The notes beneath the pieces were generated by a model. It was not told the DNA's origin. It did no database searches and saw only the letters and a list, made by a program, of their open reading frames with translations. From Takakia lepidozioides (taxonomy: Eukaryota > Plantae > Bryophyta), in contig CM060731.1 of the NCBI GenBank assembly GCA_030704615.1, positions 48,794,001 to 48,858,000 on the forward strand: a stretch of 64,000 bases of DNA, in the 5' to 3' direction. Every line of letters starts with the position of its first letter. The stretch's first letter is position 1. Shown here piece after piece: positions 50,968 through 63,253 of this stretch. Position numbers and translations under genes: made by a program.

Positions 50968-52674
50968 ATTCATTTATGTCATTGAGGACAATTACCTGTC
51001 TTTGGCATGGGAAGCTTGTTAGGGATTTCGGAAGTGAAGGACAGAGCAAAGCAAGATCAAGAAGATGGCCGAGAGATAGTCTGGTTTTGGGCAGATTTCA
51101 ATCTAAATGACGTTCACAGATGAAGCACAGTACGGAGGTTGGATAGACCGGGATAGTTACCCGGTACCGTGTACCTGTAATTAGTTTGCAAGTGTTATAG
51201 ATCTTAGCTGACTTTCCCTGTTGCAATGAACTAGGCCATGGGGCCTTCATCTGTACAGATTAAAAGCTTGTAAATCCTGTGAATAGATTATTAACATTGA
51301 AAAGATCAGTCGATAATATAAACCTCATCATCAGTTGTGTCTTTTTGTTCTTCCTGTATTTCTCTTTTCTTCCTCATCCAATGTTCCATTGTCCATGCTA
51401 TTGATATTACTATGCAACTTCTTATCTACAGAATATTCAATAGTCATAAGTCTAGGCAATTCGTTATAAAATATAGAATGTTTAAGAAGTTGATATTCCT
51501 CATGTTTCTCATTATTTTAGTAGCGATCGATTGTTTGTTTGCACCTCTTTACACAACTTACATCATGTCCATCTTTGCATTAACAAATAGCTTGACAAAG
51601 TCAGAGTTTGTACTTGCCAATGCCTCTAAGCTATATATGACTTACGAGTGTTCAATTACATCCTCAGCCATTTTCTGATTTGTTATGGAAGCATATGAGA
51701 ACTTTTTCAACAAAATATCAGCCAAAGCAAGAGATATTGTCTCCCGTAATTCCTCTTTAGATGCAATGGTCAATACTACGAGTAACTTGTGACGGTTGGT
51801 AATGAGGTTGTCGATATCATTGCAGTCTTCAAGCAACACCAACTTGTTTGGCGTGAGGTTAGCGCTTAACAAGTCTCTCAACTCTTTATCAGCAGGCATC
51901 ACAACAAATGATAAGGAGACGAGCAAAAGCGCAAGGGCAGTTAGCAAGCTCAGTAAGTTACTTATAGACCACCAAAATGGACCAAGCTCTTTTGTCAGTG
52001 ACTATTATGTGATGTCCACAGATAAGTAAATAACAAATAACATTCAAGAAAAACCATAGAAGCAACGAAAGAATTGCAGAAGAAATGAAGACATGAAAGT
52101 TACACTTTATTGTGTGTAGCCAAGAAACACAAAACAACAGTCGAGGGAAATAAGTATATACCTGTAGAAACTTTGGGTTTCAGGAGCCGTACCTCTTCAA
52201 GAAGTTGCACAAGCAACTATATAATTCTCACCTTCTTGAAGGCAATCAAACCGTTATGGCTGTTGCCTCCAGTAAATGACGTAAGACACTCAAAGACACA
52301 AGACAATAGACACGAGAGATAACGACAATACTGTAACATTATCCCAAATCTGAACTTTGATAGAACAACGAATCAATGTTTAGTTGCATGTAGTAATAAA
52401 ATATGAGGCAAATTTAAATATGATTAAGGGATGTGAAGATATAGCAAACATCTAACCAACAAAAAGGATTTACAAACCTTGCATTCCATTGTCGAGTGGT
52501 CAATACAATGAAGAACGGGGTACTATTAGATTAAAATATGAATATCTAGGAAACTGTAGGTTGTTGTAATCCAAGCTTCATGAGAAACATTGCATATTAA
52601 ATGTTATCCCTTCCCATAGTGATAAAATATTTAAGACTAATTATATTGAATAAATATATTTTAGAAATAAAATT

Positions 52675-52835
52675 GGAACCTAACGGAACCGGTGGCTTTT
52701 TCAGCAACTAACCCGTAACCGGAACCGGCCCCATGTTTAAAAGTCGGATCCGAAACCGGACCGGAACCTACTCAATAAAAAGAAACAGAACTTGATCCTG
52801 AACCGTCTCTTGAAATAATTGTGGAACCACAATCG
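52675..52835. repeat. Cluster of GGAACC(GG) motifs, hAT-like subterminal repeats
   Basis: Repeated GGAACC/AACCGG motifs. Element ends were not resolved. Confidence 0.45.
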
Positions 52836-53799
52836 AAGGTTCCCTTCATAAATGTAACAACCCCCCAACGATGGTATTAACTTAGTAAAATAACTAGTAA
52901 GAGACAAGGGATCATAGAACTTAGTTTCTTATAGGGGAAGAAACCCTTTCTCTAAGGTTGGGGATTCAAATTTGGCTCTGCGTTTAAGTTTTTGCTCGCG
53001 ACGCCGGATTCTGACCGTCGGATGGTTTTATTTTTGTATGGCTTTCGATTGGCTGATGTGGCAATGAGCTTCTTATCTTAGCGTCTTCATAACTTTCAAA
53101 ATTATTTTAAAAGTATTTTCAAGGACTATTTAATGGGGTTAAAAAAGTCCACTATTTCCTTATTAGAGGAGGTGTTTCCATGAAGTTGAACTATTAAAAT
53201 GCTTCCAGTAATATAGATTGTCTCGCATATGCACTAGCCATTTAAAATAGTACTCAACATATAATCCATCCATGGAAATGATGTCTTCATTCATTCAAAT
53301 AGTTTTTTATTTGTACGAAATACTATATAATTTTCTACAAATACCAAATATAACTACAAATTGCACTCATCATGCTCATCGATTGATGTATATCACCATG
53401 GCTCATACTTTGAGGAGCCTTTTTTAGCAACTTTCCTATTCACCATATTTATAGTTTCAGTGAACATATGATTTTTGTTTAGTAAAACAACATCTAGCTT
53501 AAAATTGGAGTATGTAATATTCTCACTCTTTAATGTACCATTGTGCAAGACTTTTCAATCAAATAAATATTGAAGAGATGTAAGTTGTCTCAAACTTGTA
53601 AATTGATTCAATGCTTCATCTTTTAATAATATCCACTTTGTCCAATAAATAATTGTGAACTCATCATCAGCGATATCAACATCTGTTGAAACCTTAGTTG
53701 ATTTCGACATATGCAGTTGGTGCACAAGAACTTTGTACCCCGGTAAGTCAATCATAATATATTTTACAGATTAAATTTGAGCTTCAAACAATCTAGGAT

Positions 53800-54353
53800 A
53801 AACAAGAGATATTTCTTTTAAGTTTTCAATTCATCTCTAGATATTATTTGCAATCGTATTGCAAATCACAAAATGACACTTCTTTTAGGCTCGAAATTTG
53901 ACAAATCGTATACGTGTCAGTGTTTCCATCCGTATTAGCACAACATGTGTATCCATTACTTTCGACTCACCAAGTCCTTGTTTTGTATATGATCCACTCT
54001 ATCCTTTGTAAGGTGCCAACAAAAAAGAAGAGTGTACTCAGATCGTAAGACATCAGCATCTATAGCTTCTAATATATTTTGCAAAGAATATCAAATGTAC
54101 CTCATTTTCTCCAAAATTTTTGAATTTCTTCACATGAGAATGTTTACACTAGATAACATTTTCATCCAAAACCACAACAGATGATGTGGTGGTCGGATAT
54201 GCTATTAGGATGCTATTGAATGCGTTGTATGCGTTGATGCTATTATATGCTATTGTATGCTATTAGGAAACACTGACATTTGCAAGGAAATTTGAACCTA
54301 CATACGCGAGGTACGGGTGTAGAGATCCATAGAGGCGTAGAGTGGGGATGCTC
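53800..54353 (-). mobile_element. Possible Harbinger remnant
   Basis: Terminus GTGGGGATGCTC|TAA at 54342-54356. Minus-strand DADVLRS and LAPYKG resemble Harbinger nuclease motifs. The partner end was not found. Confidence 0.35.
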
Positions 54354-54965
54354 TAATGCATGTACAACCCAAATGGCTATTACATGTATAGAAGAGAAAT
54401 GGCTATTGCATGGTAACGGCACTTGGCGATGGCGTAGTTTGGAGATTTCTACATGAACTTTCTAGAATTTGTTGAAGGGGTGCTGTACGAGGGAGAGGGT
54501 GCATTAGTTTGACAACAAGCTATACGAGGGTGAGGGCCAGTTAGTTTGGCGACAGTCTGAGCATCGATAGTTGAGAAGAAGTAGAGAGTCAAGGAAATGG
54601 AGATTATGACAATAGCCGCTACAGCATAGCGTAGAAGTCGTAAAAAAAAAGAGCCCGGTGCAGACAAAAAGAGGGAAATAGTCCTATATTTAAATATTTC
54701 AACTAAAATTCAGGGATGCTTGGTGAAGCGTAGAGGTCATCCAAAACAAGAGCCCCATGCAGACAAAAGAAGGAAATAGTCGTGTACTCAAATATTTCAA
54801 CTAAAATTCAGGGATGTTTTTTTTTTTAAACATTAAAAAATATTAGAAAATTGAACTTGTAAAACAAATAGATAAATTTTGTGGTTTGAAACTACTATAA
54901 TTGAGATATCTTAATGTCTTGGCATGCTAACAACTGGTGGTTAACCGTCCACCACTGGTTAATAC

Positions 54966-57076
54966 CAGTGTTGTGCGGGTAGTGCATTTTTAAGGAGGTT
55001 GAGTAGCGCTTGAGCACGCTCACGCCTCTGTGCGCTTGCTCACGTAAGCAGAAGAGAAAATCCCGGAAATTCCAAGAACATTTCCGAAAGGATGTGATGG
55101 CGAAACTAAAAAGTGAAATTTGTGCTCATGAGCACAGAAACACGGCGTGAGCACGGAAAACGTAGGCGTGAGCACAAGCCACGCAAAGTTGGGGCAGAAA
55201 GAATATTCGGTAGGTGCCGTCTCCATCAAGGATTTTCTTTGCTTAATAGTTTTGTATTTAGTCAAGTGCATGTGATGCTCGATGCAATCAATAATACGCG
55301 AAACTAGAATTATTTCATTCTGTTTCGCCCCCGAAAGCATACCGCAATAAGCACATATCAATTCATTATCGACATAAAACAATCTCACGTCGTCTCTTAT
55401 GTGCAAAACCAAACATAACATAGTTTATTTCGCCCACGAAACCATTGGATAATGACCTACGCAACAATATCTAGAAGTTTCGCTGCGAAACCCATCATTT
55501 TGCTGGCAAAATCCAATACCTTGATTTATTTTGCTACCGAAACCCCTTTGTTTGCCTCATTATATTAAATTGTTCAATTATTGTTTGGTAATTGTGTTTT
55601 GGATGGTGTTGGTTATTATGACTTTATTTTTCTTTAATGCGTTATTCTGTTGTAGGATACCAAAGCTGTAGATATGTGGAATTTGGAGCTTGAAGATATA
55701 CATTATGGGTGCCTATTTTCATTAGGGTTTAGGATTTAGGGACAAAATAGGGATAGAGATAGGCACAAAAATAGACACACAACTAACATTTTTGCTATTT
55801 TGGAACCCTATTCGATTTCCGCGAAAACATGTGTACCCCATGGCCGTGTTTTTGTCCTCAAGCCTACGTTTTCCTATGCTCACGCTGTTTGTGCTCACAA
55901 GTGTGCTCACGTTCTACCAACCCCCCTGTTTTTAAGGAACCCGCCAGGTCCGGGTTCGGGTTTTCTTTTGGAACCAAGTCCGAGTCTAGATCCGGGGTTT
56001 TGAAATTTGGAAAATCTGGGTGCGTAGAAATAAGAGATGAATTAAAGATTGGTTGGGAAAACAATTAAATCCTAATAATGAATTTTACTTTAAGACATAT
56101 TCATTCAATATACCATGAATATGTATTCCTCATTTAATACAGGAATTAAACTAGAATTTGAGTTCCATTCTTCTATATCAATTCTTAAACATGTTAAGAA
56201 TATTCATTACAAACAGGAAATCTGCCTTAGTTGGCAAGGCCTGGACGGATTCTGGCCCTTCTTATATTACAAAAAATAGAAATGGCCGTCGAAGTCCGCC
56301 ACATGGCAGAAATCCAACGTGCCAGGCCACGTTACATCCGAGGAAGGGCGTTTAGGTGAAAAAATATTGAACTCAAGAGGGCGGGGCCGCAGGCAAACCC
56401 TTACTAAGTCTGGACATTGCTCTTGTAGCCCCAGCCCCACGCCTGCTTGCACTCGCGGCCTGCTATCACAGCTCACCTGTCCACGCGGGTTCAATTCTTG
56501 GCCTCCATGTGGTTTGAAGGCATTGACAGGTCCAACTTCTATAAGGATACAAATGTTCTTCACTTGTTTGAATTGCTTAAAACTGGTTGTGATTATTTAT
56601 TATTATTATTTTTAACTTATTGTTGTGCATTTGACACTTGTGTTGTCAATTGGTTGATATTTATAAGGGCCGGATTTATAGCTGAACACAAAATAAATCA
56701 TTAGGAATATTACCAGTTGTAAAAAAATTATCTCGAAAATTGACCGGGTATAGTTACCACTAAGGGGCAGCAACCGACTGCCCAACCCACTTAGCCGATT
56801 GCTGCTGGGAATGAGCGGCTACTAGCTGGTTCAACTGAAATTATTTCCCGGACGTTGCGTCGCACCTAAACTTAAGACCCTGACCCTAACCCGCTAGACT
56901 GGCCCGCATGTAGCCGGGACCTAGCAAGCGGGTCCGGGTTCAATTTAAAAAAGAACCTGGGTCAAGGTCCAGGGACCCTAAACGTGATGGCACGGGTCCG
57001 GGTAACCCGGATCCTAGTAACCCGGATCCTAACCCGCTGGGTACCCGGGGTCAAAACCTAGACTTGCACAACACTG
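54966..57076. mobile_element. Non-autonomous hAT element
   Basis: TIR CAGTGTTGTGC / GCACAACACTG, a perfect 8-bp TSD GTTAATAC (54958-54965, 57077-57084) and (A)ACCCGG subterminal repeats. Confidence 0.9.
54994..55926. mobile_element. MULE-like MITE nested in the hAT element
   Basis: Ends GGAGGTTGAGTAG..TGAGCAC and GTGCTCAC..CTACCAACCCCCC, with a 9-bp TSD CATTTTTAA / TGTTTTTAA. Confidence 0.7.
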
Positions 57077-57151
57077 GTTAATACCTACTTTAAGTGGGCT
57101 CTAAACATGTACGCAAAAAAAACATGCAAGCATGAGCCACACCTATATTAA

Positions 57152-57308
57152 CCCTTAAACGCCCACCATGCCCGTTTTGGGTTGGGTTTAGAAATTTCTG
57201 AATATTTTTTTTATTTAAAAAGTTAATTTTGTGAAAATTACACCAATGTTTCACTTAAGGGGTCATGTTTTTTGGAAAAATCAAACTATGGCACTGGGCG
57301 TTTAAGAG
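57152..57308. mobile_element. piggyBac-like MITE
   Basis: TTAA|CCCTTAAACGCCCA ... TGGGCGTTTAAGAG|TTAA, i.e. a TTAA TSD and a 13/14 TIR starting with CCCT. Confidence 0.75.
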
Positions 57309-57319
57309 TTAATAAATAG

Positions 57320-57692
57320 AACAGCTAAGGGTCCCAAATCCCAAATTCTGGCAAGGGCTATTCCTCAAGGTTAAAAAAAGGGAGAGGATTGGAGCAGCCA
57401 ATGGGGAGGGAGATAACCCGTGTTGGAATCCGTGAAATGTAAGGCGACGTGTAGAGGCTAGCGTAGTACTAGGAGGTGGGCCCTCCTTCTCCTTCTAGAG
57501 CTTTCCAAAAGCAGACGAGGTGGTGGCCCGTTCTAGAAGGCTCCACCGCCGCCTTGAGATGGTGTAATGTTTATAATAATAATAATATTTATATTCAATA
57601 TTGGACGCCTCTCCAAGGAAACGTAAATTATGGTGTCTCTTCATCCCGAAGGGTTACTGCACTCCGCTAGGAACGTGGACACATTTGTGACA
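57320..57692. mobile_element. Partial LTR of a second retroelement family
   Basis: It ends ..TTTGTGACA close to where the Gypsy integrase is truncated and contains LTR-like TTCTAGAAGG motifs. Confidence 0.4.
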
Positions 57693-57699
57693 CCAAGGG

Positions 57700-60600
57700 T
57701 GGATTGAACCCAAAACCACTTCTGAGGTGGTATGTACAGCCCCACTGGCTTTTTGTACTCGCTCCGGTTTTGTTGGCATGTGGTGCATGTCTTGACATAC
57801 TCCTCGGCCTCCTCCCTCAGTTTGGGCCAGAAGTACTTTTTTTCAAGAGTGCCGCGGTGCACTTGGCTCCGTCGTGTCTCGCAAGCGGACCATCGTGGCA
57901 TTCTCTCAAGAGGCTATCTCTGATCTCTCCCTTTGGTACGTAGAGTCGCTTTTGTTTGTACCGGAGCAATCCATTGTGCAAATGGAACTGCGATTTAACC
58001 CCCATCCTCAAGTCCCGCATCACAGACTTCGCCATCTCATCCTTCCGGTAATCCTTCCGGATCTTCCTTTAGAGCGCCGTCTCGCCCCTGTACACCAACA
58101 TGAGCTGCTGCTTTCTACTTAAAGCATCGGCCACCACATTGTCCCGTCCCGGTTTGTACTGGATATCCACGTCGAACACCGCCAAAGTGTCTTGCCACCT
58201 AAGTTGTTTTGGGGACAACTTATGCTGCGTGGCAAAATACTTCACCGTGACATTGTCCATGAACACCTTCACCGGGTTGGAACCAACATCGTGGCGCCAA
58301 AGCTCAAGGCAATGCACCACTGCCTTCATTTATTTCTCGTGCGTAGGCCACCGTTGCTCCACTTCATTCAGTTTCTTACCTTCGTAAGCGACTGGACGTC
58401 CATCCTGTATGAGTACACCTCCAATTGCGAAGTCCGACGCATCTGTATGAATCTCAAATAGACGGTCGAACTCTGGGATTTTCAAGACTGGAGCTTCCGC
58501 CATCCGCTGCTTCAACTCAGCAAAAACTTGGCCGCAAAAGGTGTTCCATAGCCATACCTTGGACTTATATAGAAGGTCTGATAATGGCCCCGCGATCTTG
58601 GCAAAATTTCTCACATACTTTCGGTAATAGGAGGCGAGTCATAGGAAGGATCGCACTCCCGAGACCGAAGTCGAAGGCTCCCAGTCCAAGATCGCCCTCA
58701 CCTTTCTGTCATCCATTTTGATCCCATCCTGAGTAATCACATGCCCCGGGAACTCCACTTTTGTGACACCGAATTCGCACTTTGATTTGGCATACAGCTT
58801 CCCTTCCCGCAATTTCTGGAACACCCTTTCGAGGTCCTCCAGGTGCTCTTGCTTTGTTTTCGAGTACACCAAGATGTCGTCGATGTACACGATCACAAAG
58901 TCATCCAACCACTCCTGGAAAAGGCTGTTCATTAGCGTGATAAAGGTCGCGGGTGCGTTGGTGAGCCCAAAAGGCATCACCAAAAACTCATATGAACCAT
59001 ATCTTGTCCTGCACGTGGTCTTCTCCTCATCTCCTTCCGCCACTCGGATTTGATGGTAGCTAGAGCGCAAATCGATCCGGCTGAAATACTTCGCTCCTGC
59101 CAATCGATCGAAGAGGTCGTCGATCCTTGGCAAAGGGTACCGGTTTTTGATAGTCACCTTATTCAGAGCCCTGTAATCGACACACATCCGCAACGTCCCA
59201 GTAGCGTGACTATTATCTTGCGGCCATCTATGACCGCTCCGGATCTGCTCAAAATGGTCATCCCCAAAATGAAATCGATCTCGCAAATGGTGAAGTTCTC
59301 ACGTCCCTCCTAACTCCCCAGTTGAAGAGGAACATCGAACATCAACCTCGTCGCTAGTTGTGGTTCTCCTTTGGCAGAACGCACTTCAATAGAGGCCCCC
59401 ACGTCACTTGTCGGGAGCCCCAGCTTCCGTGCCGTTGCTGGTGTCATGAAGGAGTGCGATGCTCCTGTGTCCACCAACAGGTTCCGAAAATTATCCCACT
59501 CACGAACATCAACTGACTCCCTTTACGCAAAGGACCAGTCTCCTGATACAACTCACAAGAGTAGTTGGCACCTTGCAAGTCCACCGCTTCCACCAAGCAG
59601 TTGATGGAATCTTCGGACAGCTCCGTGGTTGCCCGAGTCATGTTCAATTAACGGGGCTTCGCGCACTTCTTAGTCATGTGCCCGGGCTCCCGCAATTAAA
59701 GAACACCCCATCGAAGGTCGCCTTCTGTCCACCATAAGCCGTCGCACCTGATTTTCCTTTCAGAGCACCGGGTGCCGCCTTGACGTATGAAGACCCTCCC
59801 TTCGATTTCCATGTACCATTGTCGCCGCGTGGCTTATCCCACTTCTTTTCCGGTCGGAAGAAGTCACCCTCCCGCCAAGTCTTCTTGTGGTTCAGCTCCA
59901 TACAGCCTTGTCTTTCGCCCCTAGGGACATCCGAGAAACATTCAGCCCTTTCAATTGCCTCGTTCAAAGTCTTTAGGTGGTTTCTCCTTCAACTTCTGCC
60001 TGGCCCATGGGGCCAGTCCCGCTACAAAGTTGAAGACCATTTCTGGTTCCGTCATATCCGCGACTTCGAGCAATAGCACATTGAAAGCCTGAACATATCC
60101 CAGAATGTCATCCGTTTGCTTCAAATTTCTCATCTTGTCCCGGGCGAGCCAGAACGGGTTGAGTGGCACAAACTGTCTTTTCATAAGTTCCTTGAACCCA
60201 CTCCAGCTCAAGGTTTCTGCGTTTGGACTTTGGTCATGAAGACATTTCTGCCACCATTGTTGAGCATAGCCCCTCAAATAGGTGAGCCACTTCCACCCGA
60301 TCCTCGTCACTCAACTTGGCCGCCCGGAAGTACTTCTCTAGCTCCAAGAGCCAGGTATTGAGTGCCTTTCGATTTCGGATGCCCTCGAAGGTATCGGGTT
60401 CCTTAGGCTTCACCTTAAACTTTGCCTTAGTGGAAGTGGCATTAGCCGCCTTCAACACGTCTTTCAACGTCCCGCCAAATTGCGCCAACAACCCTTCCCA
60501 AAATGCTGCTAGCATGGGAGGCATCTGTTGGTCTGGCGGAGCCTCCGGGAAGTCCTCGGGCTCCGACTTCCCAAATTCCTCCGGTTCTTGAGCGGCCTCG

Positions 60601-61480
60601 CTTTCAAAAGCATGAATCGCCTCCTCAAATTGTCGCTTCGGTAACACGTCGCCCCCATCGGGCTCACCAGGATCATCATCTTTCGGGCCGTTCCGCTTTC
60701 GCTTTGGCTTGCCCGACCCCATGATGAGGCCGATCTCAAGGACGATTGCGTACTGAACTCTAGGCTCTGATACCAAGTGTCGCGCACCTTACTTCGGTAA
60801 GCTCCCCTTCAAGTCATAGTTACTCGCTCCAATGTGCGCGCCTAACTCCCGAACTGGCCGTCGGGCCAACTCGGAGCTTCGGCTGCTCACCGGGACATAA
60901 CGGTCCCCCTTTGCTCCTCCACAAGACCCTCTCTCAATTTGGGCCTAGTAGAAATTCCCTTTGGTTGTTGGCAGTCCGGAACAGCTCCCCACACCTTGGT
61001 CGCTTTCCGGCTCGCACGCTTACTCACTAGTTTTTGGTCACCAACGGGCTTGCACCGTTCTCGGGGTTACTACTCCCTATATATACTTCTGTGACTATCC
61101 GCGGGGGTTTCACAAACAATACCATCCTTTTATGGCAAACCACCACGAAAACCCTCGATTCCCAGTGATGAATCGCGGTGAGTCTTGGCCCACCCACCAC
61201 GGCCCCATTGGACCGTGATGAGTCCCAAGACTCCCCACGACTCCCACCACAAGGTCTCCGCCCCATGGTGAGTCCTATGCCACCCCCACTAAGTCCCACT
61301 AAGCTACCACCACCCCTCGTGGAACCACCCCCACCGCAACCCGGTGTGCGGGGTTCCACCTAGAGCGCCTCCGCCTCCGCATCCATATTGCCCCCGTTCC
61401 TATTGTTGCCACTACTCCCACCACAGGGGTAGCCCCTCTTGTGTCCCGACCCCCTGCCCTCAAGGCAAAGGGCCGCGACA
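57700..61480 (-). mobile_element. Ty3/Gypsy LTR retrotransposon, degenerate and 3'-truncated
   Basis: 5' LTR 60778-61480 and tRNA-iMet PBS TGGTATCAGAGC (60775-60764). Domains: gag (KPKEPDTFEG, zinc knuckle), protease LVDTGASHSF, RT ([19 protein letters not shown]), RNase H (TDASDFAIGGVL) and integrase HHCC. Stops, frameshifts and a deletion are present, and there is no 3' LTR. Confidence 0.95.
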
Positions 61481-62265
61481 TTGGACATCCATGGTCTCAT
61501 GCGAGTCACTTCACCAGGGTTGATAACCCCACCCCCCAAACCTCACGTCTTTAATCAAGTCAGTGTGCTTTCTAACCGTCCAGCCCCTAACCCTGCTTTG
61601 CTGGTCAGTTGCAGGTTCATCCTAATTAATCTTACATGCTTCGTCGTCGTCTCCTCTATCACTTCTCGCTCCCTCAGTGAGCTCAAATCGTTCTCTCCCA
61701 ATCATTATGGCAACGCCCTCTGATCAAGCAGCGCCTTCAAAGTCTTTTTTCTTCCTGCTCCCCTCTTCTTTCTTGTCAGGCTGTGTCGCTGCTGTAACTT
61801 CCCCAACAATGGTCCCGCCGTTCTGATTAACATTCTGTTGTCAGCACCCTATCAGCGCCGCCCTCTCTCTTAAATTCCCATCTTGTATCAGTATCAGGCC
61901 TTCCAATCTTCGCTGATCCCCCCGGTGCAAGCGCATAGCTTGTCCCTTTCGGTATAAATATAAGGTGGCCTCGCTCCTCTCTCTCTCTCCCCCTCCGCTC
62001 TTCTCCTGATCACCTCCTTCATAGTTTTTCATTCCAATCTTTTTCTGCTGTCTCTCTGGCTTCCAGAGGAGCTCCCCGAAAGAAAAGATCAGGATCAGGA
62101 TCTGGAGTAAGCTCTAGAGGAAGAGGTTCTTGGGTACCTCGCTCTTCCACCTCTACCCCGTCCTCTTCAATTTCAGGCAAAGGGCCCGAAGCTCTTGGCC
62201 CAAAGCCTTGCCAAGACTTAGCTCCGTGGATTGATTCTGTCGCTCCCGATGCTGACTCCCAGGAG

Positions 62266-62950
62266 GTGATTGGTCTGGACCTTGAATGTTTAAGAACTCA
62301 TTCTTCCAAGATGATGCAACACGGGATTTTGGTGCATTTCCCAGGTAGACCCAGAGACAAGGACTGGGCGAGAAAGTGGGTGACCGAGCATTTGGGGGCA
62401 CAAGGAGGATTGTCACACCACTTTTGCCACCCAATGGGTAGAGGATTTTACTCGCTTAAATTCGGCTCCAAGGAAGAGGTTGATCGCGCGCTCGCTTTCA
62501 ACACTTGCAAATCAAGGTTCAAGGTCAATATTTTCCCTTGGACGCCGGAGTGGGGCCACAAAGATGGAGAGACTCGAAACCGCGAATAATCGCCCTTCCG
62601 TTCCTTCCAGATAATTATTTGGCCTCCCTCCCAAAGATTGGTGCGCACTTCGGCTCTTATATCGGAAGCCTGAACGTCTTCGACCCAATAGATGATGTCG
62701 TGCTGAGCTGATCAGGACCCCTCCATTTTCGACTCCAGCAAGGACTCGGGAATTCCCAAAATAGTGGTGTTGATGCCAGATTCCGCCAACATTGGAAGCG
62801 CAATTAGCTGCCTACGCTTGATGAATCCTTCATTTCGGTCCAAATCAAAGAGGAGGTCTTAAGCATAATCTGCTATGGATGCAATGGAGAAGGGCATGTG
62901 GTTGCAGACTGCCCCCGAAAAAGGTGGAGCCCCAAGCTCAAGAGACAATA
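62266..62950 (+). mobile_element. LINE ORF1 remnant (DUF4283-like + CCHC zinc knuckle)
   Basis: GRGFYSLKFGSKEEVDRAL..IFPWTPEW and CYGCNGEGHVVADC at ~62871-62912, with stops and frameshifts. Confidence 0.75.
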
Positions 62951-63043
62951 CCAGCCACCTATGCGAGGTGCCAAAGGGAAAATCGCAAAGTGCTCCAAAA
63001 GCAATTCAGTCCCCATCGCGCTCAAGAGATGCCAGTGCAGTCA

Positions 63044-63253
63044 GGTGGTAGCTGAAATAGAGACACTGCATCAGGGTGTGTCCCTTCAGGCTCTACAGCT
63101 GGATTTGTGCTCCATTGTGTCCACTCTGACATTTGCAAAGACCATTCAAGAGCTGTTTGAAGGAGAGAATCCACTAGGTAACCTACAGCTACTGGTCAAC
63201 AATGCGGGGATTTTGGCTGCATCCCAGCGCTGGACCTCCGATGGATTTGATTG
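63044..63253 (+). CDS. Isolated exon of a short-chain dehydrogenase/reductase (DHRSX/RDH-like)
   Basis: LQLDLCS..LQLLVNNAGIL..TSDGFD is bounded by a CAG acceptor and a GT donor. No upstream TGxxxGIG exon was seen in the window. Confidence 0.75.

Larger units (their letters stand above)
49732..51658. repeat. ~370-bp inverted repeat pair (49732-50107 / 51298-51658) around a ~1.2-kb spacer
   Basis: For example GGCATTGGCAAGTGCAAACTCTGA vs TCAGAGTTTGTACTTGCCAATGCC, and GGTTTATATTATCGA vs TCGATAATATAAACC. Confidence 0.88.

Noticed and set aside
50251-61480. The two related LTRs as ends of a single retrotransposon
   Set aside because: They are in inverted orientation and share no TSD.
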